From assembly GCF_036321535.1 (NCBI RefSeq), contig NC_087436.1, positions 35,714,001 to 35,778,000 of the forward strand: DNA of 64,000 bases, written 5' to 3'. Position 1 is the first letter of the stretch. Every line of letters starts with the position of its first letter. The DNA is from Camelus dromedarius (Eukaryota). Shown in pieces: positions 25,801-38,840 of this stretch. The position numbers and the translations under genes are program-made. The notes under the pieces are model-generated. The model made no database searches, was not told the origin of the DNA, and worked only from the letters and a program-made list of their open reading frames with translations.

Positions 25801-27676
25801 TGGTGACTCCTTGTGAAATGGATTACATTTTTATATTTCTCTCTTGGGTTTTGGTATATTTAAGGAGGAGTGTCATATTATCCTTCAGGAAGATTATTCT
25901 TGTGGTGGCACGCAGGATGGATTGGGTGGAGATGGGAGGCTGCAATCAAGGAAATTAGTTACTAACCTACCCCAGGGTCAAGATATAAGACGATGAGGGA
26001 AGAATCAAGATGCACTTGCTGGAGAGCTGCCTCCTCAACTGGACTTGGCAGCACAGTACAAAATGAAAGATAAAATGCATTTGTGTTACAAGCTTGGAGA
26101 ACACCATTAAGGCTTTATTTCACAAGAAAAAAAAAGGGGAAATGAGCAGGATTTGGAGAAAAACTAGTGAGAACATTAATATGGTTCACTTGGGGATTTG
26201 GTGGTGAATGTGTTATCAAGTAGAACTCTTGATCCTGAACTTTATAGTTTCAGCAGTGTCTCAGTGTGAACCCAGCCTTCTCTCTCATGGTTAGCTTTAA
26301 AACAAATGCAGTATAATGGCAAATTACATATTTAAATTTGGTTAGGATCCAACAAGAAATTCTTTCATTTCTTCTTGTGATGGGAAATTATAATTCAAAC
26401 CAAGCTCTGGTAAAAGGAGCTGATTTTTATAAAACATTGTCTTTAAATGATAATAAGCCTGAAGATAACAATCCTTTTACCATTCAAATCGTCTATATTC
26501 CTTGAGTACTGAATTCAGCTCTACTAAGCATAATTATTCAAAATTCAACTTTGGTAAACAGGCAAAGCAAACCCAGTCACTATGGTAATTTGGACTTCCT
26601 TGGTTGTATTTCCCACAGTTCCTTCATGTTAATAACTTTTTCCCTACAGGTGAAATGTCAGTGACACTGGTTTTAGCATCCTGTATTTGCAAAGTTGATT
26701 TTTATCAGAGCCTCTGTCTGATCAGTTAAAAAGTTCAAGGATATGTTTTAACCCTGATATTTGGAGCAGTGAAATGCAGTGTTCCTGCACGTTTTTTCTT
26801 TCCCTCTTTTCAGGTTTGCTGATTTTCATGTTTATTTTCTCATGGTTTCAAAACTTACTCTACCAAATTCCCAAGCCTGGAGCTGTTTTCTGCCACTGCA
26901 GCCACTGAAGCATAGCATTGTTTTGTTTGCCATCCAGAACATCCTCCAGTTCCACGCAGAGGGGAAGAAGAGGAGAAGAAAGGGGGAGCAGGTGCAGAAG
27001 TTCTATTCACAAGGGCACTGACCCTCAGCAGGGGCGTGACAGGGCTTTAAAATAGGATTAGACACCCAAACAAGAAAAAGGTCACACTTGACATTTCCAC
27101 TGGAAATACCAATGCAAATAGAGCTGATCTTAGGAACATTTTTCACACACACACTCACACACACGCACACACACTCAATTTTAGATAGGTTCAAGAGAAA
27201 AATGATGCATTTTAATGAATTATTTTCCTAATAGCGCAAAAAAAAAAAAAAAACAACTATCGGAAACAGGGCTCAATGATAACAGTAAATATGAATCAAA
27301 AAGCTCCCTTGAAAATTTTTTTCTCTTTTACTCACTTGTCTCTGAGGGTTTGTTCTTTACCTTATCATGGGAAGAAAACTAAGAATGGAGTTGATGGGGG
27401 AAATGACATAATGATTCGGAAACTTTGATTATGTTGTAGTCAGACTCATTTAATTCATTAAAAAAAATTTAGTCCCTAATCATATCAACCCCATTTCTAC
27501 CTGCACATTGTCTCATTTGACTTCTGTATAGCTGATAATAGATTAATAGTTATTCCTGTCTATTTTCCACTTGTATATTCAAAAGTAGCTGGCCAAAGCA
27601 TTCAATACCAAAGTAAAATCTGGAAGCACCTAGAGGAGGAAATCTAAAGCTGCATCAAGATCCACCAACATCACCG

Positions 27677-27746
27677 TCCTCATTAGTATAGTGGTGAGTA
27701 TCCCTGCCTGTCTCAGGAGACCAGGGTTTGATTCCCTGACTGGGAG
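27677..27746 (+). pseudogene. tRNA-Asp(GTC) pseudogene / retrocopy
   Basis: 'tcctcattagtatagtggtgagtatccctgcctgtctcaggagaccagggtttgattccctgactgggag' aligns to canonical vertebrate tRNA-Asp-GTC. Essentially every CpG is mutated, there is a 2-nt deletion in the anticodon stem, and no 3' CCA is present. Confidence 0.92.
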
Positions 27747-27762
27747 GCAACACTCCCCTTGA

Positions 27763-27907
27763 GAGGGAGGGTATAGCTCAGTGGTAGAGTGCATGCCTAG
27801 CATGCATGAAGTTCTGGGTTCAATCACAGCACATTAAAATACATACATACATACATACATACATACACACCTAATTACCCCCTCCCCCCAAAAATTAAAA
27901 AAAAAAA
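27763..27907 (+). mobile_element. tRNA-derived SINE (vic-1 type) fused downstream of the tRNA-Asp copy
   Basis: 'gggagggtatagctcagtggtagagtgcatgcctagcatgcatgaagttctgggttcaatc', then (ACAT)n, 'cctaattaccccctccccc' and poly-A. Confidence 0.92.
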
Positions 27908-28884
27908 TCCACCAATACCTTCTGAAGATCTCCAAATCATTCACCAAAAAGCAAATGGTCCATTGAACTCATAGCGTTATTCTGAGAAGGATTCATGTAA
28001 TTTCTAGCCTCAAAAATGTGTGCATTTGTTGGTGCAACTGAAAGCAAAAGCAGAAAAAAGCAGAAGAAAGCAACCCTCCCATGGGAAAAGGTATGAGTCC
28101 ATTAAGTTACTTGGAATTACAAAAATAAATTCAAGGACTCTCATAAATACCTAAGTTAGCTCCTAGGGACCCCACATCTCAACCTGAGACAGCTTCCATA
28201 AACTGAAGCAGCACACAAAAAGTCTGGCTGAATTTCACCCGGAACATGCCTTACCACGTTCTCATCTCACAAGTTGAGTGTAATCACCTAAATTGCTCCT
28301 TTCTTCTTAAAGAACCTGTCATTGAGGAAAATATTCTTTACTGAAGATCAGCTTTAAGGTCACAGTTGTGATCAAGATTTTTTTAAACCACATATGATAT
28401 TCAGAAGTGTGGATATCAACTATAATGGAGACCATGAAGAAAGTAAGAAATAGACTTTAGTTTAAGCTGAATTTTGGAAAGCCTCTTCTTTGCTGCAATT
28501 GGGATTTACCAGTCAAGAGAAAGAAATTGTGTAAATTACCTTTAAAAATATTCTAACGGTAATATCTAATTTTACCTTTGGAAGTTTGCCAAAATAATCT
28601 CACTTAAGTACTTATATGGCTGTTACCACTGGGATCAATTAAGTGTTTAGCTGAAGATGCAGTATTAAGCTGAAACGTGACTTGGGAACTCTTGATGATC
28701 ATATTATACAAAGCAGTTAAAGCAAAAATTCATAATTACAAGGGTATAATTTATTTTTCTTTACTAAAGAGCTATAGGTCTTGATGAAGATATGTAAAAT
28801 GTGTCTTGGGAGGAAAAGGGAGACTAGAAAAAAAGAGATCAGACCACTTATTCGCAGCTCTTAGATTACATGGAAAGGGAAGAG

Positions 28885-31600
28885 AATTTTTTTAACTTCT
28901 AAATATAACATTCAATTGTTTTTCCAGTTACAAAAGTAATACATTCTGATTTGGTAAACTTTGAAAAATACAAAACTTAAAATCTTAACATGTATAAATA
29001 ATTACTGTTTTGGGGCTTTCATTATATATATATATATGTACATGCATAAATAAATGTAAGTATTTCTATCAAAAAAAGATTATACCGTTTATATAACCCC
29101 ATGTACTTTTCAGTCATCTAGTTATTTCCTTGGGATCAATTTTTAGAGGAGATTACTGGGTCACTAAAAGCATTTGTAGTATCTTATTACCTAAAGCACA
29201 ATTGCTTTCCAAAAGGATTATCTATGTATACTGCCACAAGCAATGTATTTCTCTTGCTAATAGCAAATATTAGATATTTTAATATATTTAGATATATAAA
29301 ATGTATAGATATTGTATAAACATATATTTTAAAACATATCATTATTGCTTAAATCTGTATTTCTTTGATTACTAGTGAGGTTGAAATTTTTTGTTGGTAG
29401 TCATGGTTTTCTTATTGATTTATAATAGCCCTTTTTTTTGATGTTTTTAACTAACTTGTGATTTGCTATTTTCAAATATTATTTTCATCATTTTACTTAT
29501 GCTTTTTGAATAAATTTTTTATAATTTATTCCACTGCATTTTCTACATTGTCTTATACTTAGAGAGTCTATCCTCATCTCAAAATTAAATATGTATGCTC
29601 TAAAATTTTTGTAGTTTTAATTCATTGAATATTTATTATGATTTATAGTGAAAGAGTGAAACTCTTAACTTTATTTTTTCTCCAAATTCTTGGTCTGCTC
29701 TCCCACCCAACTTGTTCTTAATCCAAGACTTTCTTTTTAAATCATGAACTGTCATTATAAACATGAGGGGCTTTTCCAGGGCCCCCTATTCTGCTATGGG
29801 CTTGTTTGTTTATTCTTGTTTTGGTCTGGTCCCTTGCTATTTAATTTTTGTCACTTCTTTAGGAGAGACAGATAATCATCAATCAGTCTTAAAAAAACAA
29901 GTCATGGACATTTTCACATGTTTAGTTATATAGATAAACTTTAAAGTAATTTGTTCCAGTTTCTAAAGGAAACTATGTTGGATTAAAAGTGCATTAAATC
30001 TACAAGTTAATTTGGAAATAACTATCAATTTTATCATATTCAATCTTTCTATCCAGAAGCAAAGTAAATCTTTACAGTTTCCTAATGTTCTAGTAAAAGT
30101 GTAGTTATTATTATTGATTAACTCTTTTCCTTCTTTATGTCTTCTTAATTTTTGTTGTTTGTTTTGTTTTGTTTTTTGCTGCCAAATAGGAAAGCTATTG
30201 ATCTGGGGACAGTTATCTCACAAATTATTCATTATTGATCCACTACCTAGCTCCTTTAAGGAGAATTTCCACACTAAGTGTTTCAAAGTTGATTCTCTTA
30301 TATTTTATATTTATATTTTCATCATAAATAACAATCCTCCTTTTCTGTAAGTTTTACTTCCCATTTCTACTTCAGACAGAGTAATACTAAATAATGAGTT
30401 ACAGAAGCACTCTTGTCTTATTCCTGACTTTACTTCTAGTGTTCCATTGTTAAATTTTACCTTGCCTTTTGGTTTGGGGTGGAAATTCTTTATCATTTAG
30501 GGTTTTTATAGAGTTAGGACCAAAACTTAAAGGAGTCAGCATGTTGTGTTAAGCAATATTCACTCCATGATGGTATCTAACCACATCATCTGATTTATAT
30601 CAGGCCTAGAAGCTTCATTTTAAAATATTTAAATTGTTTATGTAATTGAGGCTACCATATAAAACATGCCCGAATGACAGAATTGGAAGGTGGGAGAGTT
30701 AAACAACAGAAATTTGATTTCAAGTAGAAATACAGGGCTCCTGAGATTAAAGAAACTCACAAGGAGGGAGAAGTCTGACATGGTGGCTAAATTTAATAAC
30801 AGTCTCTGAGGAAAAGGAATGGTGGTTCCTCTACAAAAAGAAACTATTACTGAATTAAAAACTTAGTTCATTTATTTTCTTTCTTCCTTGTAACAGAAAC
30901 ATTTTAAGATTATGAATATGTCTCATCATATAGCTTTGGTCATATACCATAGTCCTATTAATGTTTTTGTTTCCTTGGTAAAATTTCCATTTTTTCTTTG
31001 ACCCAGAAGGTAAAGCATTTCATTAATTGTAAAACACACATTTTTGCACATTTTACAACTCTCAGGTTGAGATGTGTGTGACAATCAAGGTATCTTAGTT
31101 TCATGAAAATATGGTATTTAATTTCCAGGACAATTAATCAGTTTGTTTAACCTTTTGTTATTAGTTTTTAGTTTTATGGCATTAAGATCAACACTATGGC
31201 CCATTTGCTTTCTACTTGGGAGGAACTTATTGAAATATTCTTTATGACACTATATAATCAATTTCTGAAAATGTTTCACATATGTTTAAAAAGACTGTTC
31301 TTTGTTTGAATTATACAAGCTTCAATAATTTGATGTAAATTTAACTTTTCTATTCAAATTTTTTGTCTATAAATTACCTACCTGATTTCTCAAAGGCTAA
31401 AAAAAATTGTGTATTACTTCTACTATAGCTATATTTGTGTCCATTGCTTTATATATTTCTAGTATTTTTTACTTAATATACTGATTTGGATTCCTATCAT
31501 AATACCTATGTAATTTAGTTTATTCAGGTTTATGATTTTTTTTTATGTAGGGCAGACTGTGCTTTTTATCAGTGACCCAAAACATACATTTTGATTCTCT
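28885..31600 (-). mobile_element. Highly degenerate ancient L1 (L1ME/L1M5-like)
   Basis: T-rich strand with reverse L1 motifs 'atctgtatttctttgattactagtgaggttgaa', 'gcattaaatctacaagttaatttggaaa' and 'cttgtcttattcctgacttt'. Interrupted by other sequence. Confidence 0.65.
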
Positions 31601-31789
31601 GTTCTGCTTCAGTTTCCTATTATTTATACATTCCCCCCAGATTCTGATAATAAGATGGCTAATAGTCTTATCTTTCAATGCTGCTATACAGGTTTCATTT
31701 TACTTTGAGCCTCTGGTTACATGTTTTTCATGGGAATTTAGAGGAGGCTAAGTCAAGTTTAATTTAGAACAGAAACTATCCCTGAACCA

Positions 31790-31935
31790 AACATATTGAA
31801 TGTCCATGGTCTACCAATCTCTGTGCAGAGCACTTTACATACATTAGTTCATTTAAACATCACAATAATTTCACTAGATGGACAAGCCACTTCCAGCACC
31901 TGCAGGTGTGGTCCAGAGTACAGACGGAGGGCTCT
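31790..31935 (-). mobile_element. MIR fragment
   Basis: 'tattgaatgtccatgg...gcactttacatacattagttcatttaa' is the reverse MIR 3' end. Confidence 0.55.
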
Positions 31936-34900
31936 TTCCCGCGCCCAACTCTCTGGCACTTGCAGGGGACAAGGTCTACCTTAGGCATCTTACACGTGCG
32001 TGTGGACCCTGCAAACCCCCACATCCCAGTTCCATCTATTTCAACCCCCTCTTCTGACCCTTTCCTTTTTTTTAAACAGAGGTACCGGGACCTCGAGTGA
32101 CCGCTTCCCTTGACGGCAGCACTACCATACCACTGTCTACCCTCTGAAGACAGACCTGAGAAAGAGTCCCATACCTGCCTGAAGGCGGGCCCCGCTGTTT
32201 GGGTCCCAGGTACCCAGATTATGGAGAGGCACAGGCAATGGGAGAGTGGCCATGTCGCCTTGGACCACAGGCTCCCAGCCACATGGGAAGAGGGGGTCAG
32301 AGAAAGGACAGAGCAAGGCCCTCTGAGGTGGGGCGGGCCAGTGTGCCAGGATAGGGCCAGGGTGCCCAGGTCTAAGGGCAGCACTGGAAGTAGGTACCGT
32401 CCCCTGCAAGTGCTGGCCTTGAGCCTGCGTTTGTCCAGTCCTAAGCCCGTGCTTTCCATCTTTGTTACTAATCTTTAATTTATGTGTATTATAGAGGTAC
32501 AGTGGTTTCAAGTGATGGGCTGTGGTGCTCTGGAAAGGACTTTGGGCTTCTTGAAGTTAAAAAGGAAGTTAAAGTGTACAAAACTCCTCCTCAGAATGGT
32601 TGCATTATTTTGCTCAGAAATAAAACTGAGCTACTGAACCTGCCTTCATTAGAGTTAGACTTCCTTATCCCCTAGAGATGCAGATTTTAGATGGACTCAG
32701 AAGTGTCCCCAGTACCTCTTGTGTCAGAAAACATGACTGGAAAGAGGAACACAAGGGTGCTGCACAGCCGTGCAACACTGCCTTGTCTATCTCCAGGGTG
32801 CCCAGGAGGAGGGGGAAGTCCTCGTACCACAGGGCCAATTTCTCACAGCAAAAAAATGACTCTATAAATAGGTTTGCCGACTGCCTCTCACAAGGGAGCC
32901 TGGCACAGACCATGGGCTCCAGCAGGACCTTCCGAGCCTGAAAGATGTACCATAATTTCTCTTTTGTGACTAACAGCAGTGACCTGGTGCGTCACCCGGC
33001 AGTTTACATGTAACAATGAATGCTCATTAGCTCACTCTTCCCCCTCAGAGCCGTGTGCAAACCGGGCTCCTCCGTCAGCCTGCGTTTGTTTAACTTTTCC
33101 CCTCTGTTCTTCACTAAGTCAGTTTTTCTTTCATCTCCCTTCAGATGTCTTTTTTTTAAAAAGTCATTCTGTACTTTTGCCATCCTAACGTCACCACAAT
33201 TTCTTCATTCTCGTTACTTAACAAAGCCATTTCCCTTGTTGTGGGTCTTTCCTCTGAACGTATTCATAAAATATTCCTCCCTTCTGCTCACCTCTGGGAG
33301 GGCAGTGTTTGCCACTATCAGTCCACCTGGCCTGTTCATTGTGGTCATCTTTTCCATCCCACCTACTTTGTGACTGAAAAACACTTCATCTCACCCAAAG
33401 CATGTTATACCTTTTAGGTAGAAACAACTGAAGATTGTGATTGAGGCTTGGAGGAGGCTTTTGTTTGTTGTAGCTGAGGTGGTGGGGTGGAGCGGAAGAG
33501 CTCAGAGTGTGTGTGCTTAAATCAGACATCCAAATATGCCCACAGAGACTGAAAAACTAGCTGCCACAGCCAGCACACCTTTGGGGTTAAGGGGATCAGA
33601 GAGAATGGAAGAGGGCAAAAATATCAATGAGGGAGTTGGGTTTGTTGATGTCTGCTTACCGGATATACAAATTACTCCTGGTGAGCAACACTACAAGCGA
33701 ATCTTTTAATCATGCCCTTTTCTTGCTCCCAGTGGTGACTGCAGCGCTGGCAGCTCTCCCGGAACGGCACATGTGTGGGCTCCTCTCTCTGACAGTGAGC
33801 AGTAGGTATCGCCTATTATCTGATGTAGCAAAACTTTTTTTCAGTTTAGGAAATTATCATTTTATCAGATACCATTATCCATTCTGAATGGTTTTCTTTT
33901 GCTCTTGGCTGATTTAATGTTTTTGAGCAACCCAGGACATTAAAAACCTAACTTATGAGATTTAGAACTGCTTTCTTTTAAAGACTTTCAAAAGTTTCCC
34001 TTGGAATTGACCTACTTTAAAGATTCAAAACAGAGAAAAATGTTTTTTAAATTTTAAAAAAAAAGTATATTAAAACTTGTTTGACAAAAATGTCATTTCT
34101 GCAATTACTTTCATCTGCATTTTTTATACCTAACTATACATGGATTCCTTAATAAGTTTTTTTTTAATTTAAGAGAATTTAGTAATTATAAACTTCCTAT
34201 TTTAAAAAGTCACTATAATCCAAAGTAATCAGAAAAAAATACCAACAAATAAAATTGAAATATTTTCTTAAGGATCAGTGTTACTTCTCTAACATGTACA
34301 ATAATGTGACATATTTTGTAGTTCAGACTCGTTTATGTTAGGCTAAGGATTTTGAATCATTTAAAATTATTCTTTGTTCACTCTTACTAATGGTAATATG
34401 TGTCATTTTCTTCTAAATACCATTAGAGTTTAAAGTTCATGGATTCAGAGATGGTTTTTCTCCATGTGAGAGTATCAAAGTCTGAGAGAAGGAATACTGT
34501 ACCCCTCAACACCTGTCTCCTGTGCCACCTGGCTTGTAGTGCATGATCAATAAATACTTTTTTGAAATCAGTGAAATTGAAAGTTGACCTTAAGCTCTCA
34601 AAATTTGCCACGCATTGAGTATTAGACTAAAGGAACTCCATCCTCCTTATGACCATATAAATCTAGCTACCTAGCACCACCAAAGTATATTCAACATCCT
34701 AAATGCCTAAGTTACTATTAAGGCATAACCCAGACACCAAAAAAATATAATGTGTGGCAAAAATGAAGCCTCACTAACTTAGACCAGTTAAGCTGCTGGC
34801 TAGCTTGACGTAGCAAAATGACTGATTCTTTTCATATATTAGTTCTAATTTATTCAGTGTCTACATCTGCTGGCCTTCAGGATGTTTTAATAGACAGAAA

Positions 34901-35584
34901 ATATAACTTCCTAACTTTTAGAATGTGGTTGATTTGGATATATCTAGAAAATAACATTGGTTTAGTGAATAAAATAATACCTCATTTATATAGCATTATC
35001 AGAAATAAGGCATTTCAATTTTATTTACTTTGACCATTTTTGAGAGAAATCTGCCTAAATCTAAAGTGACCTACATACTCCTGACCCTTGTTTAGGAAAA
35101 TAAACCTAATTTAAGTTTTTGATGGCTCAGGAATATGAGCTTCCATCACTATACAATGGAGCAGGGAGGCTGTTCTCCCTTAGGTAACACCATGCATCTG
35201 TGTGATGCTGCACAGCTCACAAAGCTTTTATGAGCACAACATTCCGTTTGATATAGACCAAGTGGTCCCAGACTGCCCCATTTTTAGAGTTCCTATAGCA
35301 GTTTTTCCATTTCTTAACTCACTCAGGTTGTTGACTGTCATTTCTTGCTGGTAACAGTGTCCCCTTGGATTCCTCCCTAGCAACTCCTAATTGTCAGCCT
35401 CCAGTTTCACATAACTGGGAACTAAAAAGCCAGGCTTGTTAAAACTGTCTCTAAAATAAACTTCAAGTTGGAATGAAGGTTTGAGAAATCCTACAAATAT
35501 TAATGCTCATTAGCTTTAGTGCATGGATTTTCTGATATCCTTTTGGACTTCACAAAGTGAATTTTCTTGGGGCTATTATTAATC

Positions 35585-35760
35585 CTCATCCATCCATCCA
35601 CCCCACAAATAAATATTTGTCGAGCGCCTTCCAGAGCCAGAATCTGTACTATGTAAGAGGATTACAGTGGTTAATAAAGCACACGTGGCCCTTCCTCCAA
35701 CAGAGTTTACAATCTAGTGGGGGAGAACGACAATAAACAGACGAACAGATAAACACTTCA
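35585..35760 (-). mobile_element. L2 3' end
   Basis: 'aaatatttgtcgagcgccttccagagccag...acagtggttaataaagc...gagtttacaatctagtgggggaga'. Confidence 0.8.
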
Positions 35761-36789
35761 CTACAACCATGGACTCATGTTCTCGTGGCAACTGTAGCAA
35801 CCACACATCCCCAGCAGGATCATTACAGTATAATTAACTTCTATTTATATTGCTTAGTACCTCGTAGCCTTTTCGTGTATTTCATCTCATGTTAGCCACA
35901 AAAGTGAGGGAGTAAAACCCCTTGGCAAAGGAGAAACTGAGGTTTAGAGAGTTTTATGTGGTCAGCGGTCCAATCAGGGCTTGAACAAAGGAAGTGACCC
36001 TCCACTTTCACCTTGGGTTCTTTCCTTTAAATGAGAGGAACAAGTTCCACGAAGGAGCTACATCTCTCTCTCTCTCCCTAGGTTTCGTCATCCATCTAGT
36101 CCTCTCCAATCTTTTGAGGATTTTTATCTATAAGCCAACAAGTTTGTGTTGGTTTTTCTTTCCCCCACCTCTACCCAGCAAGTTAATACCCTTTGCAAAG
36201 TCACCCAATAAACAATTATGGTGGTAAGAAAGAACAGGTTCATGTGGGGATGTAAGTTTAAAGATGCTTTCTCTTAGTCATCAGTAGAATATCTGAGCAG
36301 TACTATCCTCAGAGTAAGATAGAAGGCACTTAGAAGGGCAAGGAGGTGAAGGAAAGCTGAAGGCAATTTGAATTAAGATGGTCATGAACTTTATTTCTGA
36401 AGACCACAAAGGAGTGATAGGAGAGGAAGAGGAAAGAGGACAAGGATTAGGGCTTTGGAAGTCATTAGCCTTAATGGGTGACAGAAAGTACAGTACTGAA
36501 GAAAGACCCCTGTGAAAGTGTGGGCTGAGTTATATAAAGAGGCAGAGACCCTGATGTCACTAAGACCAAGGTCAGAGGGGTGAAGACAGAGAAATCTAGA
36601 ACTGCACAGCTAAAGGATTTAGAAGAACTTCAGACATCCAGTTCAGCCAAGGGAGTGAAACTCAATTTGTAGAGTGGCGTAAGTGAAATTAAACACTAGG
36701 AAATATTGGCATATAATAATCCAACAAATGCTTTTTTTATTTCCTGACAAAACTAATATCCAGTTAATTAGCTGCAGGCTGCCCTTTCT

Positions 36790-37316
36790 TTGGCCCTGTA
36801 TATATACATTTTTATTGAAGTATTGTCAGTTTACTATGTTGTGTCAATTCCTGGTGTACAGCATAAATGCTTCAGTCATATATGAACATACATGTACTCA
36901 TTTTCATATGATTTTTCACCATAAATTACTATAAGATATTGAACATAGTTTCCTGTGCTAGACAGCATGAACTTGTTGTTTATCTTTTTTATATATATTA
37001 GGCAGTATCTACAAATCTCAAACTCCCAGTTTATCTCTTCCCATCCTCCTGCCCCAGTAACCGTAAGTCTGTTTTCTGTCTGTGGGTCTGTTTCTGTTTT
37101 GTAAATAAGTTTGTTTGTCTTTGGGTTTTTTTTAGATTTCACATATAAGTGATATCATATGGTTTATTTCTTTCTTTCCAGCTTACTTCTCTTAGATTGA
37201 CAATCTTCAGGTCTATCCATGTTGTTGCAAATGGAATTATTTTATCATTTTTTAGGCTGAGTAGTATTCCTTTGTATAAATATATCACAACTTCTTTATC
37301 CAGTCATCTGTCATGA
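36790..37316 (-). mobile_element. 5'-truncated lineage-specific L1 3' end
   Basis: Same family as 6035-6270, in reverse ('tgtgtcaattcctggtgtacagca', 'agtatctacaaatctcaaactcccagttta', 'tagatttcacatataagtgatatcatatgg'). TSD 'aggctgccctttct' 36776-36789 / 'aggctgccatttct' 37317-37330. Confidence 0.92.
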
Positions 37317-38672
37317 AGGCTGCCATTTCTATATGATATTTTACCATGCTTTTATTTTTAATTCATGCTCCTACTTTCAATCAATTTTTTAAGAATGAGT
37401 TTTAATTTTCTTCCTAATCAAAAGAATCTACTTTGGCTTGCTTTAAAGACTTTTTTGTGATTATATACATAATAATCAGCAAATATGCTCTGTGGCCTTT
37501 ATTACCAAGCTTTTATGCCCTCCTTAAGGTTAACCTGATTAATAATTTGCTAGTAAGTTACTTTTCAGTGAAAGTATAATTTTATCTTTGCATTTATATG
37601 TCATTTCTTATAAAAGTCAAAAGTAGACATCGCTATGTTAAATGTGCAGAAAGTCAGCTTTCTGGGCATGGCAGCAAAAGAATATAATTTACAGCTTTAC
37701 CACCTATTTAAACTTTTTATATCATTGCTGTCCTAATATTGAGGTAATTAATAAATATTTGTTGGCTTGAATACTATGACCACATAGTCCTTTTCATTTG
37801 CTAGCTTGTTTTCGTCTCTGTTGCTACAGTGGGGGTTGTCAGGAATATCATATACCTCTCACCCACTATTTTAACAGTAGTGTGAGTCAGGGGAAAGGTT
37901 TTAGTCTTCTCAAAACATAATCAACAGAAGGATCTTGGTCTGCTGAATTCTAGCCTCTCTAGTCTTTTTTAAGTTCCTGTGTAAGCTAAATTCCTCTCAT
38001 AAAGAATTTACTATTCTATTTATGAAACTCTTAGTTTCTACAACATCTCCGTTAAGTAAATAAAAAGAGAAGTTTCCTTATTTCAGATACAAGGGGTTTA
38101 AAGAAAATAAAGTTAGATAAGCAGTACTATGACCCAGTCTGTCTTCTACAAGCCACAGTGATGAACAGACTCAGCGTTTCCTTTGCTACTCACTCAAAGG
38201 CCCTCGAGGAACCTTCCAATATTCTCCCCTGTCACTCACGCAGTCTGTCCAATTCTCAAAATAGTACTGGAGCTGAGGATGCCCTTCTTTGGGAAAAAAA
38301 AAAAAGTGGAAAAAGAACTTGGAATCATCTACTGGTCTTTTTAAAAAAACTCAAATGCTACCACTCAGACTTACCATCACCTCTCTAGAGATATTCAGAG
38401 GTCTGCCCCTGCTAACAGACCGATGGTTGAAACCAAAGGAAATCCACAAACAGGTCAATGGCCTGTTTTCATTTCCCTCAGCGACATCTCAGCATCCATC
38501 TTCCCTTGGTCATTCCCACTCAACTTCTAGGCTCAACCAGGGAAATCCACCAAATGGCAGCTTATTCTGGCAAACTGTTTATCCTGTCTGCTAAAATGTG
38601 ATCAACAATATCCATTGCTCTTTTAACAACCAGTTCCTGCTGCTTCATCTATAACCGGTAATACTTACTCAC

Positions 38673-38840
38673 TCTGCGCTTCACATCTCTAACTTCCTTT
38701 GCGGTGAAGGCTGATGTACATATTTCCACACTGTGTAGAAAGATAATCTCTCCATTGACACTGGAAAACAGTTGCAGTAATGTCTCAGGTATCATTACCC
38801 ACCACGACAAATCTCTGAAACAAGAAATGGACCAGACCAC
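38673..38840 (-). other. Candidate exon (168 nt) of a minus-strand spliced transcript
   Basis: Acceptor 'ctctttgctttatttcag|G', overlapping donors AGA|GTGAGT and TGA|GTAAGT, and an open phase-0 frame. No homolog recognised. Confidence 0.4.

Noticed and set aside
26690..26790. Possible snoRNA/miRNA hairpin around 'tgatttttatcagagcctctgtctgatcag'
   Set aside because: No proper C box (RTGATGA), no long stem, and no match to any mature miRNA I recognise.
27677..27746. Functional tRNA-Asp gene
   Set aside because: CpG decay, a B-box TTCG>TTTG change, a 2-nt anticodon-stem deletion and no downstream T-run terminator.
31860..32459. 199-aa minus-strand ORF and overlapping ORFs
   Set aside because: GC-rich patch ending in a MIR, with no recognisable domain or splice structure and multiple frames open.
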